Assembly: GCA_963765575.1 (NCBI GenBank)
Contig: CAVXWZ010000005.1
Location: forward strand, 64,001 to 128,000
Origin: an uncultured cyanobacterium
GTDB lineage: Bacteria; Cyanobacteriota; Cyanobacteriia; PCC-6307; Cyanobiaceae
Direction of reading: 5' to 3'
DNA length: 64,000 nt
In this document: one piece after another, positions 21,789-34,173 of the stretch
Layout: every line of letters starts with the position of its first letter
How positions within the stretch are numbered: the first letter of the stretch is position 1
Position numbers and translations under genes: made by a program
Notes under the pieces: generated by a model
What the model was told of the DNA's origin: nothing
What the model saw: only the letters and a program-made list of their open reading frames with translations
Database searches by the model: none

Positions 21789-22958
21789 TCAGGTGGCCAG
21801 CACGCGGACCTGACCAGCGGCGGCGTCGGCGCGTCGGCGCGCCTCAGCCTCGCTGGCGCCCCGGGCCAGGGCCACCCCCAGACGCCGACGCGGCCGGGCG
21901 TCCGGCTTGCCGAACAGCAGCACCTGGGTGTCGGCTTCGCGCAGCGCTGCCGCCAGCCCCTCGAACGCCACCCGCTCGGCGGCCCGCTCGGCCAGGATCA
22001 CGCGGCTGGCGGCGGGTCCCAGGCTGTCGATGCGGGGAATCGGTAGCCCCAGCACCGCCCGCAGGTGCAGCTCGAACTGGTGCAGGTTCTGGCCCAGCAG
22101 GGTCACCAGGCCGGTGTCGTGGGGGCGGGGCGAGAGCTCGGAGAACACCACCTCCTGGCCGCAGACGAAGAATTCCACCCCGAACAGGCCGGCGCCGCCC
22201 AGGTTGTCGGTGACCGTGCGCGCCATCGCCTGGGCCGCCGCCAGCTGGGCGGCGCCGAGGGCGGCCGGCTGCCAGCTGCACTGGTAGTCGCCCCGCTCCT
22301 GAATGTGGCCGATGGGCGGACAGAACAGCGTGGGCCCATGCCACTGCCTCACCGTGAGCAGGGTGATCTCCAGATCGAAGTGCAGGAAGCCCTCCACGAT
22401 CACCCGCGCTCCCTCGCCGCGGGCCCCGGCCAGCGCCGTCTCCCAGGCCGCGGCGATGCCCTCGGGCCCCCGCACCACGCTCTGACCCTTGCCCGAGGAG
22501 CTCATCACCGGCTTGACCACCACGGGCCAGCCCAGGGGGGCGGCGACCGCGGCCAGTTCCTCGGCGCTGCTGGCGTAGGCGAAGCGGGCGGTGCGCAGGC
22601 CCAGCTGCGTGGCGGCCAGATCGCGGATGCGATCGCGATTCATGGTCACGGCCGTGGCCCGGGCCGTGGGGATCACCGTGATGCCCTCGGCCTCCAGCTC
22701 CGCCAGGGCGTCCACCGCCAGGGCCTCGATCTCCGGAATCACCAGATCGGGCCGATGCCGCCGCACCACCGCCTTGAGGGCGTGAGCATCGGTCATGGCG
22801 ATCACCTCCGAGGCGTCGGCCACCTGCATTGCCGGCGCTCCGGCGTAGCGGTCCACGGCGATCACCCGGCAGCCCAGGCGCTGGGCCGCGATCGCCACCT
22901 CCTTGCCCAGCTCGCCGCTGCCCAGCAGCATCAGGGTGCGGGGGAAGACGGTGTCCAT
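21789..22958 (-). CDS. purT: Formate-dependent phosphoribosylglycinamide formyltransferase
   Basis: LLGSGELGKEV, VKPVMSSSGKGQS, SELSPRPHDTG. Confidence 0.96.
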   Translation of the reverse strand: MDTVFPRTLMLLGSGELGKEVAIAAQRLGCRVIAVDRYAGAPAMQVADASEVIAMTDAHALKAVVRRHRPDLVIPEIEALAVDALAELEAEGITVIPTARATAVTMNRDRIRDLAATQLGLRTARFAYASSAEELAAVAAPLGWPVVVKPVMSSSGKGQSVVRGPEGIAAAWETALAGARGEGARVIVEGFLHFDLEITLLTVRQWHGPTLFCPPIGHIQERGDYQCSWQPAALGAAQLAAAQAMARTVTDNLGGAGLFGVEFFVCGQEVVFSELSPRPHDTGLVTLLGQNLHQFELHLRAVLGLPIPRIDSLGPAASRVILAERAAERVAFEGLAAALREADTQVLLFGKPDARPRRRLGVALARGASEAEARRRADAAAGQVRVLAT

Positions 22959-23056
22959 GGCGGGCGGCGAGGCGGCAGCGGCGATCCTCCCGCAGTCCCT
23001 TGCGCCCCGCCGCCGCACCAACCTGCTAAACCAGGCCCGATCGCAGCGGAGCGCAG

Positions 23057-23251
23057 ATGCCAGGGCTGATGGATCGGTGCCTGCCGGCGGCGGGCCGGCT
23101 GCTGGCCCTGAGCACCGCCGGCGATGCGGCCGAGGGCCTGCCCTTCGGGCTGGACATCGCCAGCCTGCAGACCTACGTGCTGCTCTATCTCGGCCTCTCG
23201 TCGCTGGCCTTCGTGCTGGTGTGGGTGGTGGGCTATCTGCGCAGCCGCTGA
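23057..23251 (+). CDS. Small single-TM membrane protein
   Basis: 64 aa with hydrophobic C-terminal helix; fills the gap between two minus-strand genes. Confidence 0.5.
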   Translation: MPGLMDRCLPAAGRLLALSTAGDAAEGLPFGLDIASLQTYVLLYLGLSSLAFVLVWVVGYLRSR

Positions 23252-23253
23252 CC

Positions 23254-23511
23254 TCAGGTTGAGGCGTCGCCGGCTTCGCTGAGCAGGGTGAGCTGACGCA
23301 CGGGCGCCTCCTCGCTCACAAACCCGTAGGCCTCAAACACCGCCGGGTCGGGGTGGGTGATGCGTTGGCCACCGCTGCCGCGCTCGACGCGAAAGCCCTC
23401 GTCGGCCATGCGCCGCATCAGCGCCGCCGCCTCCTCAAAGCGGGCCGCCATCGCCTCCAGGCTGGCGCAGTCGGAGGTGAGGCCGGTTTCCCTCCAGGTG
23501 AAGTGGGCCAT
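23254..23511 (-). CDS. Hypothetical protein
   Basis: 85-aa ORF, native codon usage, downstream of mraY. Confidence 0.6.
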   Translation of the reverse strand: MAHFTWRETGLTSDCASLEAMAARFEEAAALMRRMADEGFRVERGSGGQRITHPDPAVFEAYGFVSEEAPVRQLTLLSEAGDAST

Positions 23512-23560
23512 GGGGCGGGGGATGGGGTGATTCGGGTGCCGGGGCAGCCGGGAGGAGGGA

Positions 23561-24670
23561 TCAGGGCAGCAGCACCAGACCCAGCACTACCAGTATCAGG
23601 CTGGCGATCCAGAAGCGGTTCACCACCTGACCCTCCTGCAGCCCGCCCAGTTCCAGGTGGTGGTGCAGCGGTGCCATGCGGAACACCCGCCGGCCCACGC
23701 CGTCGGCTCCCTTGGTGGCCTTGAACACCCACACCTGCACGATCACCGAGAGGGATTCGGCCAGAAACACCCCGCCCATCACCAGCAGCGGCCAGAGGCT
23801 GTTGGAGAGCAGGGCCACCGCGCTCAGCGCTGCCCCCATCGCCAGCGAGCCGGTGTCGCCCATGAACAGCCGAGCGGGGTTGCGGTTGTGGGCCAGAAAC
23901 CCCAGCCAGCAGCCGGCCATGGCGGCGCAGAAGGCGGCCAGGGCCGGGTCGCCGCTGTGGCCCCGCAGCATCAGCTGCAGCCCCATGCCGGTGAACACCA
24001 CGGCGCCGCAGCCGGCCGCCAGGCCGTCGAGGCCATCGGTGAGGTTGGTGGCGTTGCTCTCAGCCAGGAACACGAACAGTCCCAGGGGCCAGATCAGCAG
24101 GCCCAGGGGCAGCAGCCAGCCCAGGGGCAGGGCCACAGCACCCGGGGTTGCGCCACCGAGCCACTGGCCCTGGGCCGCCCAGACCAGGAACAGCAGGGCG
24201 GCACCGGCCTGCAGCAGCAGCTTGCCCCGGGGGGTCAGGCCGGTGTTGGTGCGGCGGGTGAGGCTGCGCCAGTCATCCACCGCCCCCACGGCCATGTAGG
24301 CCAGGGTCACGGCCGCCACCGCCAGCAGGCGCGGATCGGAGGGACTGATCAGCCCTCCCACGATCACCCCCACCGGCACCACCAGCAGGCCGCCCATGGT
24401 GGGGGTACCGGCCTTGCTGTGGTGGCCCTGGGGGCCGTCCTCGCGGATCACCTGGCCCAGCTTCAGCTGCCGCAGCCTGGGCACTCCCCAGGCCGTCACC
24501 ACAGCACTCACCAGGGCCGCCACCAGCAGTGGCAGGGTGAGCATCGAGTTGGCCACCAGCCAGTCGCTCAGCAGACACACCGCCAGCAGCGCCACGGCCA
24601 GCAGCCCAGCCGCCACACGGGCATTCCGGGGCTGCTCCTTGGCGTCCGTCGGCATCGCGGCCCGCACCAC
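23561..24670 (-). CDS. mraY: Phospho-N-acetylmuramoyl-pentapeptide transferase
   Basis: [35 protein letters not shown]. Confidence 0.97.
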   Translation of the reverse strand: MVRAAMPTDAKEQPRNARVAAGLLAVALLAVCLLSDWLVANSMLTLPLLVAALVSAVVTAWGVPRLRQLKLGQVIREDGPQGHHSKAGTPTMGGLLVVPVGVIVGGLISPSDPRLLAVAAVTLAYMAVGAVDDWRSLTRRTNTGLTPRGKLLLQAGAALLFLVWAAQGQWLGGATPGAVALPLGWLLPLGLLIWPLGLFVFLAESNATNLTDGLDGLAAGCGAVVFTGMGLQLMLRGHSGDPALAAFCAAMAGCWLGFLAHNRNPARLFMGDTGSLAMGAALSAVALLSNSLWPLLVMGGVFLAESLSVIVQVWVFKATKGADGVGRRVFRMAPLHHHLELGGLQEGQVVNRFWIASLILVVLGLVLLP

Positions 24671-24673
24671 CGC

Positions 24674-24949
24674 TCAGTCTTCCCAGGCTTCGTCCTGCTG
24701 CTCGTCGTCCTTGTTGTAGTCCTCCTTCTCACCCATCAGCGCCGAGAGTTCCTCCTCTTCCACGGTGCTGACATCGGTGCTGGCGCTCTCCTCATCGGCC
24801 ACCAGACGGCCGCTGCTCTCCAGCCAGCTGAGCAGGTCGGGCTCATCGCGCAGGGGCAGCACCGGCGCCGGCTCGTTGCGGTCGTAGCGGGTGAGGGAGG
24901 GATTGATGCTCTCCAGGCGGCTGAGGCTGGAGGAGGAGAGCTTGCTCAT
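24674..24949 (-). CDS. DUF3134-like cyanobacterial protein
   Basis: NPSL.R..R.EPAPVLPL..EPDLLSWLE.SGRL and acidic tail; located upstream of mraY. Confidence 0.7.
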   Translation of the reverse strand: MSKLSSSSLSRLESINPSLTRYDRNEPAPVLPLRDEPDLLSWLESSGRLVADEESASTDVSTVEEEELSALMGEKEDYNKDDEQQDEAWED

Positions 24950-25134
24950 GGGGTCGGGCGGTTCGTCAGGCTGGTCGGGGCTGTGGTCTTGGCTGGGGCT
25001 GGGGGCGCCGGCTTGTGGCTCAGGGCGCGCCCCGCTGGGATCGAATCGCCATGATTCGGCATCGCCGGGTTGATCGGTGAGCAGATCCAGGCCGACCCCA
25101 CACTCTACCGGCCAGCAGTCCTTCCCCTCCACCC

Positions 25135-25409
25135 ATGTCCGAGCAGCCCCCCGTCCCCGTTCCCGTAGCCGGCCTGGTGCGCGGGGTGCTGGGCCTGTGG
25201 GCCCTGGCCCTGGCCCTCAGTGCCGCGCTGGCGGCTGCCGGTGAGCGCTGGCCCGCCCCCCTCGCCCTTGACGGCGGGCTGGTGTGGGCCCTGGTGCTCG
25301 GTCCGCCGCTGCTGATGGCCCTCTGGCTGCTGGCCAACTGGCGCCTGGAACCTGCCGCCGGCACCGCTGACAGGGGAGAATCGGGCGATCGAGCACAAGG
25401 ACTGCGTTG

Positions 25410-25410
<1 letters not shown>
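25135..25410 (+). CDS. Small two-TM hypothetical protein
   Basis: Two hydrophobic helices; stop overlaps the argG start. Confidence 0.55.
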
Positions 25411-26612
<1,202 letters not shown>

Positions 26613-26613
26613 C

Positions 26614-27024
26614 TCAGTCGCGGCGCCTGGCCGCCAGGCCGAAGGCATGGCGCAGGCTGCGGGTCCAGCGCCCCCGCCCGTCTGATCGCTCTGGGTTGGC
26701 AGGGTTGTCCGAGCTCTCCGGGTCCGCCGCCGCCATCAGGCGGCCCGCTGGAGCCAGGGCAGCGGCCTGGAGGCTGCTGAGTTGCTCACGCAGGCCCTGA
26801 TTGCCTGCCATCAGCCGTTGTTTCTGCTCCAGCAGCGGCTGCATCCTGGCGGCGAACTTGCCCTCAAAGATGTCGGGCAGGTCGTTGATCAGGGCCTGCA
26901 TCGAGGCCAGCTCCTGGCGGCAGGCGGTGAGCTCCTGCTGCAGCGAATCCCGTTTCCAGCTCTGCTGGTGGGAGGCGAACAGCGACGCTGCTGTCTCCGG
27001 CGCGGGGGGCTGATCCGGTGCCAT
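26614..27024 (-). CDS. Coiled-coil hypothetical protein
   Basis: Heptad-rich segment with L..LP.IFE.KF..R..PL motif. Confidence 0.55.
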   Translation of the reverse strand: MAPDQPPAPETAASLFASHQQSWKRDSLQQELTACRQELASMQALINDLPDIFEGKFAARMQPLLEQKQRLMAGNQGLREQLSSLQAAALAPAGRLMAAADPESSDNPANPERSDGRGRWTRSLRHAFGLAARRRD

Positions 27025-27079
27025 GGAAACGACCCTAGAGCCGGATGGCGGTTCCAGGTGGTGGGCCGCCAGGGCCGTT

Positions 27080-27436
27080 TCAGGCCGGCTGGCCCTGGGC
27101 TGCGGCGGTGGCGCTGGCGGGCACGCTGCGGGGAGGGGGCATCGGTCCGTCCTGCTTGACGGTGAGATAGCGGATCACGTCCTCCGACAGCCGCATCGCC
27201 CGCTCCAGGGGATCGACCTGCTGGCCGTCGCCGTCGTGGTTGAGCTGCACGTAGATGCCTTCGCGGTGCTTGGCGATCGAATAGGCCAGGCGGCGCTTGC
27301 CCCGCATCTGGCAGTCGAGCACCTCACCACCGGCTTCGATCACCAGGTCGCGGTAGCGGTTGATGTGGGTCTCCACCTCCTCCTCCGGGATGTCCGGTCG
27401 AAGGATGTACATCGTTTCGTAGTAGGGCTGCGTCAT
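27080..27436 (-). CDS. rpsF: 30S ribosomal protein S6
   Basis: [27 protein letters not shown]. Confidence 0.97.
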   Translation of the reverse strand: MTQPYYETMYILRPDIPEEEVETHINRYRDLVIEAGGEVLDCQMRGKRRLAYSIAKHREGIYVQLNHDGDGQQVDPLERAMRLSEDVIRYLTVKQDGPMPPPRSVPASATAAAQGQPA

Positions 27437-27552
27437 GGTCGCCTGTGTGAAGGGCCGCCCTGGGATGCCGCGCGGCGGCGACAGGGGGCGGGGGCCGATG
27501 GGCGAAGCCCACCAGCGACGGATCGATCAACTTATCCCAGCGCCGGAAGGCT

Positions 27553-28044
27553 TCAGTAGAGCTGCATGCGCACCGCCTGGGAGAGGCTGGGGATGTCGGC
27601 CTCCTGGCCGCGCAGGCTCTGCACCACGCCGAAGCTCACCAGCAGCAGGGCACCGAGGAAGACGGTGTTGCTGAGGGTGCGCAGGGCGAAACCGCCGGCC
27701 AGCGGCGCCAGCAGCACGCTGAAGGCCAGGGTCAGCAGGATCAGCAGGATGTCGATCAGGATCGCCTGGAGCACGTTGAAGCGGATCAGGTAGGGCACCC
27801 GGGCGTTGCGCACCACGGCCAGGAACAGCACCAGGAACAGCACGAAGCCGCCGAAGGGCACCGCCTGCTGCAGCAGCACCAGGGGCAGGGCCGGCAGGGT
27901 CAGCCACTGCAGGGCGGGGAACAGCCCGAAGAGGCTGCGGCCGAAGCCGATCGCATCGCTCCAGGGCAGCATGTAGGCGAGGGCGGCGAGCAGCCGCTGC
28001 CAGATCGGAGGTCCCTGCATCGCTGCCGGCGTCGTGGAGGTCAA
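27553..28044 (-). CDS. Tic20/Ycf60-family membrane protein
   Basis: RLLAALAYMLP, VVRN..V...IRFN.LQAIL.DI, IP.LS.AV..Q. Confidence 0.85.
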   Translation of the reverse strand: MTSTTPAAMQGPPIWQRLLAALAYMLPWSDAIGFGRSLFGLFPALQWLTLPALPLVLLQQAVPFGGFVLFLVLFLAVVRNARVPYLIRFNVLQAILIDILLILLTLAFSVLLAPLAGGFALRTLSNTVFLGALLLVSFGVVQSLRGQEADIPSLSQAVRMQLY

Positions 28045-28069
28045 GGGTAGGCAGCCCGGGGGGCCGCCC

Positions 28070-28957
28070 TCAGGCGGCCAGCGCCGTTTCGGCGGCGGCG
28101 CGCATCGCCGCCACCGGCACCGCCGCCGCGCCGCTCCACAGGCGCAGGGCGGCGGCCCCCTGCTGCACCAGCATCTCCAGCCCGTCCAGGCCGCGGCAGC
28201 CGCGCTCAGCCGCGGCCCGCAGCAGCGCCGTGGGCCGCGGCGTGTAGATGAGGTCGTAGACGCAGGCGGCGACCGGCAGGGCGTCGAGCTGGGCCGGGCT
28301 CAGCGGGCAGCGCCCGGCGGCGGCGGGATCGCCGGCGGCGGCCATGCCCAGCGGGGTGGTGTTCACCACCAGGGCGGCGCTGGCCAGGGCCCCTTCGAGG
28401 TGCTCCCAGGCCAGGCCGCGCAGCTGCGGCGCCCAGCCGTGGCAGGCGGCCACGAACTCAGCCACCGCCTCGGCCCGCCGGCCGGCCACGGCGATCCTCC
28501 CCAGGCCCAGCTCCACCAGCCCGGCCACCACGGCCCGGGCGCTGCCGCCGCAGCCCAGCACCACGGCCCGGCGCTCGCTCCAGGGCGCCCCGCCGGCGCT
28601 GCGCAGGGGGGCCAGGAAGCCCTCCACGTCGGTGTTGCTGCCCAACCAGCCGCCGTCGGCATGGGGCACCAGGGTGTTCACGGCCCCGAGGCGTTGGGCC
28701 AGGGGGCTGAGTTGCCGGCAGAGCGGCACCACCGCCTGCTTGTGGGGGATGGTCACGTTGAGGCCCCGGCAGCCCAGCGCCGCCAGTGCCTCAAGCGCCG
28801 CCGCCAGCCGGGCGGCCGGAACCGGCAGGGCCAGGTACACCCAGTCGAGCCCCAGGGCGGCGAGGGCGGCGTTGTGCATCACCGGCGAGAGGGAATGGCG
28901 CACCGGATCCCCCAGCACCCCCACCAGGGCCGTGGTGGCGGTGATCGGCGGGGCCAT
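28070..28957 (-). CDS. aroE: Shikimate dehydrogenase
   Basis: GDPVRHSLSPVMHN, NVTIPHK, GAVNT, NTD, DGLEMLVQQG. Confidence 0.96.
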   Translation of the reverse strand: MAPPITATTALVGVLGDPVRHSLSPVMHNAALAALGLDWVYLALPVPAARLAAALEALAALGCRGLNVTIPHKQAVVPLCRQLSPLAQRLGAVNTLVPHADGGWLGSNTDVEGFLAPLRSAGGAPWSERRAVVLGCGGSARAVVAGLVELGLGRIAVAGRRAEAVAEFVAACHGWAPQLRGLAWEHLEGALASAALVVNTTPLGMAAAGDPAAAGRCPLSPAQLDALPVAACVYDLIYTPRPTALLRAAAERGCRGLDGLEMLVQQGAAALRLWSGAAAVPVAAMRAAAETALAA

Positions 28958-28977
28958 GGCGGCACGGCTGCGGAGAG

Positions 28978-29020
28978 CCGAACCGTAGGCCGTGGTTCGG
29001 CAGCTGTTCGGGAACCACAC
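28978..29020 (+). promoter_or_regulatory. dnaK upstream element: inverted repeat CCGAACC-N9-GGTTCGG plus K-box-like GTTCGGGAACCACAC
   Basis: Repeat read directly. The second element resembles the cyanobacterial K-box as I recall it (GTTCGG-NNAN-CCNNAC), with a spacer one base shorter. Confidence 0.45.
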
Positions 29021-29092
29021 CTCGCCCGGCAAGGGCCCCACTGCTGAGGATGCAGCAATCAAATCTCAGTGACCACAAGGAGGACGTAACCC

Positions 29093-31018
<1,926 letters not shown>

Positions 31019-31023
31019 GACCC

Positions 31024-31066
31024 AGCCCCCGGTCAGGGGGCCAGCCCCCAGCCGGGGGCTTTTTTC
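31024..31066 (+). terminator. Rho-independent terminator of dnaK
   Basis: AGCCCCCGG...CCGGGGGCT stem followed by a T run. Confidence 0.7.
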
Positions 31067-32184
31067 ATGGGCCAGGAGCGGCTTCGATCTGCGCCACCAC
31101 CCACTCGGCACTGGCCGGGGCCAGCAGCACCCCGTTGCGGTAATGGCCGCTGGCCACCACCAGCCCCGGTTCGACGACCTCCAGCACCGGTGCCGGCCGC
31201 CCGCAGGGCCTGCAAGCGTTCGCCCTGCCAGCGGCGTACCTCGCGGGCAGCCGCCAGCCAGCCGAGCCCCGCATTCCCCCAGGTCCTCAGCTCCGCCAGG
31301 GCGGCTGGATCTGCCCGCTGGCCGGGCTCCAGGGTGGCCCCCAGCCAGAGTCGCCGGCGGCCGGGCAGGTCCGGCCGGGGCACCAGGTTGATGCCGCGCC
31401 AGGCCACCACCCCGGGCCAGCCCCTGCCGGGGCCACCGCCGTCGGGCTGGCTCCAGCCGGGCTCGATGTCCAGTTCCAGCTCCAGCGCCTGACCCAGCAC
31501 CGGTTCCATGGGGATGGCGTGGCCCAGGCCCTGCAGCAGCGCCGGCGTGGCCACACCGGCGCAGACCACCAGCCAGGGAGCCTCCAGGACGGTGCCGGCG
31601 CTGCCGATCAGCCGCCAGTGCTGGCCCCGGCCCGCTCCCTGCCCGCGGCGTTCGAGCCGCTCGGCCGCCTCGCCGAGGCAGCGCAGCCCCCCTTGGCGGG
31701 CGCTGGCCAGCAGGGCTGCCATGGTCTGGCCGGGATCCAGCTGGCCATCGCCCTCGGCGTGCAGGCCGCCGAGGGCGGCGGCCGGAACCCGGGGCTGCAG
31801 CTCCTGCAGCTGCTGCGGTGTCCACAGGCTCAGGGCCAGCCCGCGCCGCTGGCGTTCGGCGGCGAGCCGCTGCTGGTGGGCCAGCTGGGCCTCGTCCGAG
31901 GCGAGCAGCAGCAACCCCTGGCGTCGGGCGACACCATGGCCCTCGGCCTCCAGTGCGGCGATCCACTGCGGCCAGAGGACGTGGCTGCGTTGGCGCAGCC
32001 GCCAGCCCCGGCCGCTGGAGCGGTGGAACACCTGGGCCATCAGCACGCCCAGGGCGGCCCAGCTCCCCCCCGTCGGTGCCGGCGGCCCATCCAGGCCAGG
32101 ATCCACCAGCACCACGCGGTGGCCGTGGCGCTGCAGCAGCCAGGCGGTGGCGAGACCCACCAGGCCGGCCCCCACCACCAGCAC
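31065..32184 (-). pseudogene. FAD-dependent oxidoreductase (ThiO/DadA family), frameshifted at ~31215
   Basis: VVGAGLVG, DGQLDP; conserved C-terminus RPAPVL..ASGHYRNGVLLAPASA lies in a shifted frame. Confidence 0.8.
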
Positions 32185-32277
32185 CTGGGCGGGGCAAGCG
32201 GCGGTGGTGTCGCTGGTGGTGGTGCTGGGGTTGGCGATCAGCTCAGCCGGGGGGCAGCGGGGAAGCGCCCAAGGCGC

Positions 32278-32757
32278 TCAGAGCTGCTTGAGGTCTTCCT
32301 GCACCTGCACCGGCAGGACCTGGGCGTACTTGCCGAAGCCGCTGGCCACGGCGATGTAGGTCTTGCGCAGGGCGTCGGCGTCCTGCAGGCGGGCGGCCTC
32401 ATCGAGCTGGGCCAGGGAGCGCTTGAGCTGATTGGCCAGCCGTCCGGCCTCAGCCTGATCGTCGGGGAGCAGGCGCTGGTTGATGTAGAGCATCTGGCGG
32501 CCCACTTCCTGCATCGGCCCGTGAATCAGGTTGCGGGTGAAGATCCAGTCGCGCTTGTTCACCAGATCGGCCAGTTCGGGCAAGCGATCGCGGGCGGCCA
32601 GGAAGCCCACCGCCTGGCGTTCGATCGCGGCAATGTCGTCGCTGCTGAGGGTGGGTGGCTGGGCCTGGGCGCCGCCGCAGGCGGCGAGGTTGAAGCAGAG
32701 CATGGCCGCCAGGGCGACCATCAACAGCCGGCGCAGGGACTGCCGCAGGGCCGACAT
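32278..32757 (-). CDS. psbQ: Photosystem II extrinsic lipoprotein CyanoQ
   Basis: Lipobox LAAC, DWIFTRNLIHGPM. Confidence 0.9.
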   Translation of the reverse strand: MSALRQSLRRLLMVALAAMLCFNLAACGGAQAQPPTLSSDDIAAIERQAVGFLAARDRLPELADLVNKRDWIFTRNLIHGPMQEVGRQMLYINQRLLPDDQAEAGRLANQLKRSLAQLDEAARLQDADALRKTYIAVASGFGKYAQVLPVQVQEDLKQL

Positions 32758-33000
32758 GGGCGCAACGGACTCACCGGTGGCAGGTGCGGCGGCAGCCGTG
32801 GTGGCAAAAGGGGTGGGGTCGAGCACGGAAGACATCTCGGGAGCCATCACGGTGGCCATCGGCGGCGCGCAGCAACGGCTGCAGGGCCTGACTGTATCGG
32901 TGTGGGCCGGGCCGTCCGGCGTGGTTGTCGCCTCCCGCAACCTGCCCACCCCTTGCGCGGCGCCAGGGAGCTACAACAGAAAGCCGTTGCGGCTTGAGCC

Positions 33001-33261
33001 ATGCGGCACGCCGTGTTGCCCCTGGCCGCCATCCGCCGGCCCCTGGAGCGGGTCCTTGATGAAGCCAAGGTGCGCAGCCTGATGGCGGCGATTGCGGCCG
33101 ACGGTCAGCAGGAGCCCATCGACGTGCTTGAAGTGGAGGGCGAGTTGTGGGGCTTCAACGGTTGCCACCGCGTGGCGGCCCATGAGCGTCTCGGCCTCAC
33201 CACGATCCGCGCCCGGGTGCGGCGGGCCAACCGCGAGGTGCTACGCATGCATATGCGCTGA
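33001..33261 (+). CDS. Sulfiredoxin (ParB/Srx fold)
   Basis: IRRPL.R.LDEAKV.SLM..I, EPIDVLEV, GFNGCHR. Confidence 0.85.
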   Translation: MRHAVLPLAAIRRPLERVLDEAKVRSLMAAIAADGQQEPIDVLEVEGELWGFNGCHRVAAHERLGLTTIRARVRRANREVLRMHMR

Positions 33262-33283
33262 GCGCCCCTGCGGCCGCTGATCG

Positions 33284-34156
33284 ATGCCGCCTGCCACCGC
33301 CATCCTCCAGGTGATCTGTCCGGATCGGCCGGCGCTGGTGAGCGAGCTCTCGGGCTGGGTGGCCGCCAACGGCGGCAACATCCGCCACGCCGACCACCAC
33401 ACCGATGCCGGCGCCGGCCTGTTCCTGAGCCGCATCGAATGGCAACTGCAGGGCTTCGGCCTGCCGCGCGCCGCCATCGCCCCGGCCGTGGCGGCCCTGG
33501 CCGAGCGCCTCGGCGGCGAGGGCCAGGTGCATTTCTCCGATGAGCTGCCGCGGGTGGCGATCTTCGTGAGCCGCCAGGAGCACTGTCTGGTGGACCTGCT
33601 CTGGCGCACCCGCGCCGGTGAGCTGCCGATGACCGTGCCGCTGGTGGTGTCCAACCACCCGCAGCTGCGCTCCACGGCCGAGGACTTCGGCGCCAGCTAC
33701 GTGCATCTGCCCGTGACTGCCGCCACCAAGGCGGAGGTGGAAGAGACGCAGCTGCAAGTGCTGGCCCAGCACGACATCGAGCTGGTGGTGCTGGCCAAGT
33801 ACATGCAGGTGCTCAGCGGCGACTTCCTGGAGCGTTTCCACGCGGCCGCCGCAGATCACGGTGTGATCAACATCCACCACTCGTTCCTGCCCGCTTTTCA
33901 GGGAGCCCAGCCCTATCACCGGGCCTGGGAACGGGGGGTGAAGCTGATCGGCGCCACCGCCCACTACGTGAGTGAGGAGCTCGACGCCGGACCGATCATC
34001 GAGCAGGCCACCGTGCACGTGGGCCACCGCGACGAGGTGGACGACCTGATCCGCAAGGGCCGCGACACCGAGCGCCTGGCCCTGGCCCGGGCCCTGCGCC
34101 TGCACCTGCGCCGCCAGGTGATGGTGTACCGAGGCCGCACGGCGGTGTTCGACTGA
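33284..34156 (+). CDS. purU: Formyltetrahydrofolate deformylase
   Basis: ACT domain CPDR, INIHHSFLPAF.GA.PY, GATAHYV, LD.GPII.Q. Confidence 0.96.
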   Translation: MPPATAILQVICPDRPALVSELSGWVAANGGNIRHADHHTDAGAGLFLSRIEWQLQGFGLPRAAIAPAVAALAERLGGEGQVHFSDELPRVAIFVSRQEHCLVDLLWRTRAGELPMTVPLVVSNHPQLRSTAEDFGASYVHLPVTAATKAEVEETQLQVLAQHDIELVVLAKYMQVLSGDFLERFHAAAADHGVINIHHSFLPAFQGAQPYHRAWERGVKLIGATAHYVSEELDAGPIIEQATVHVGHRDEVDDLIRKGRDTERLALARALRLHLRRQVMVYRGRTAVFD

Positions 34157-34173
34157 GGCTCAGGCCATGGGGT

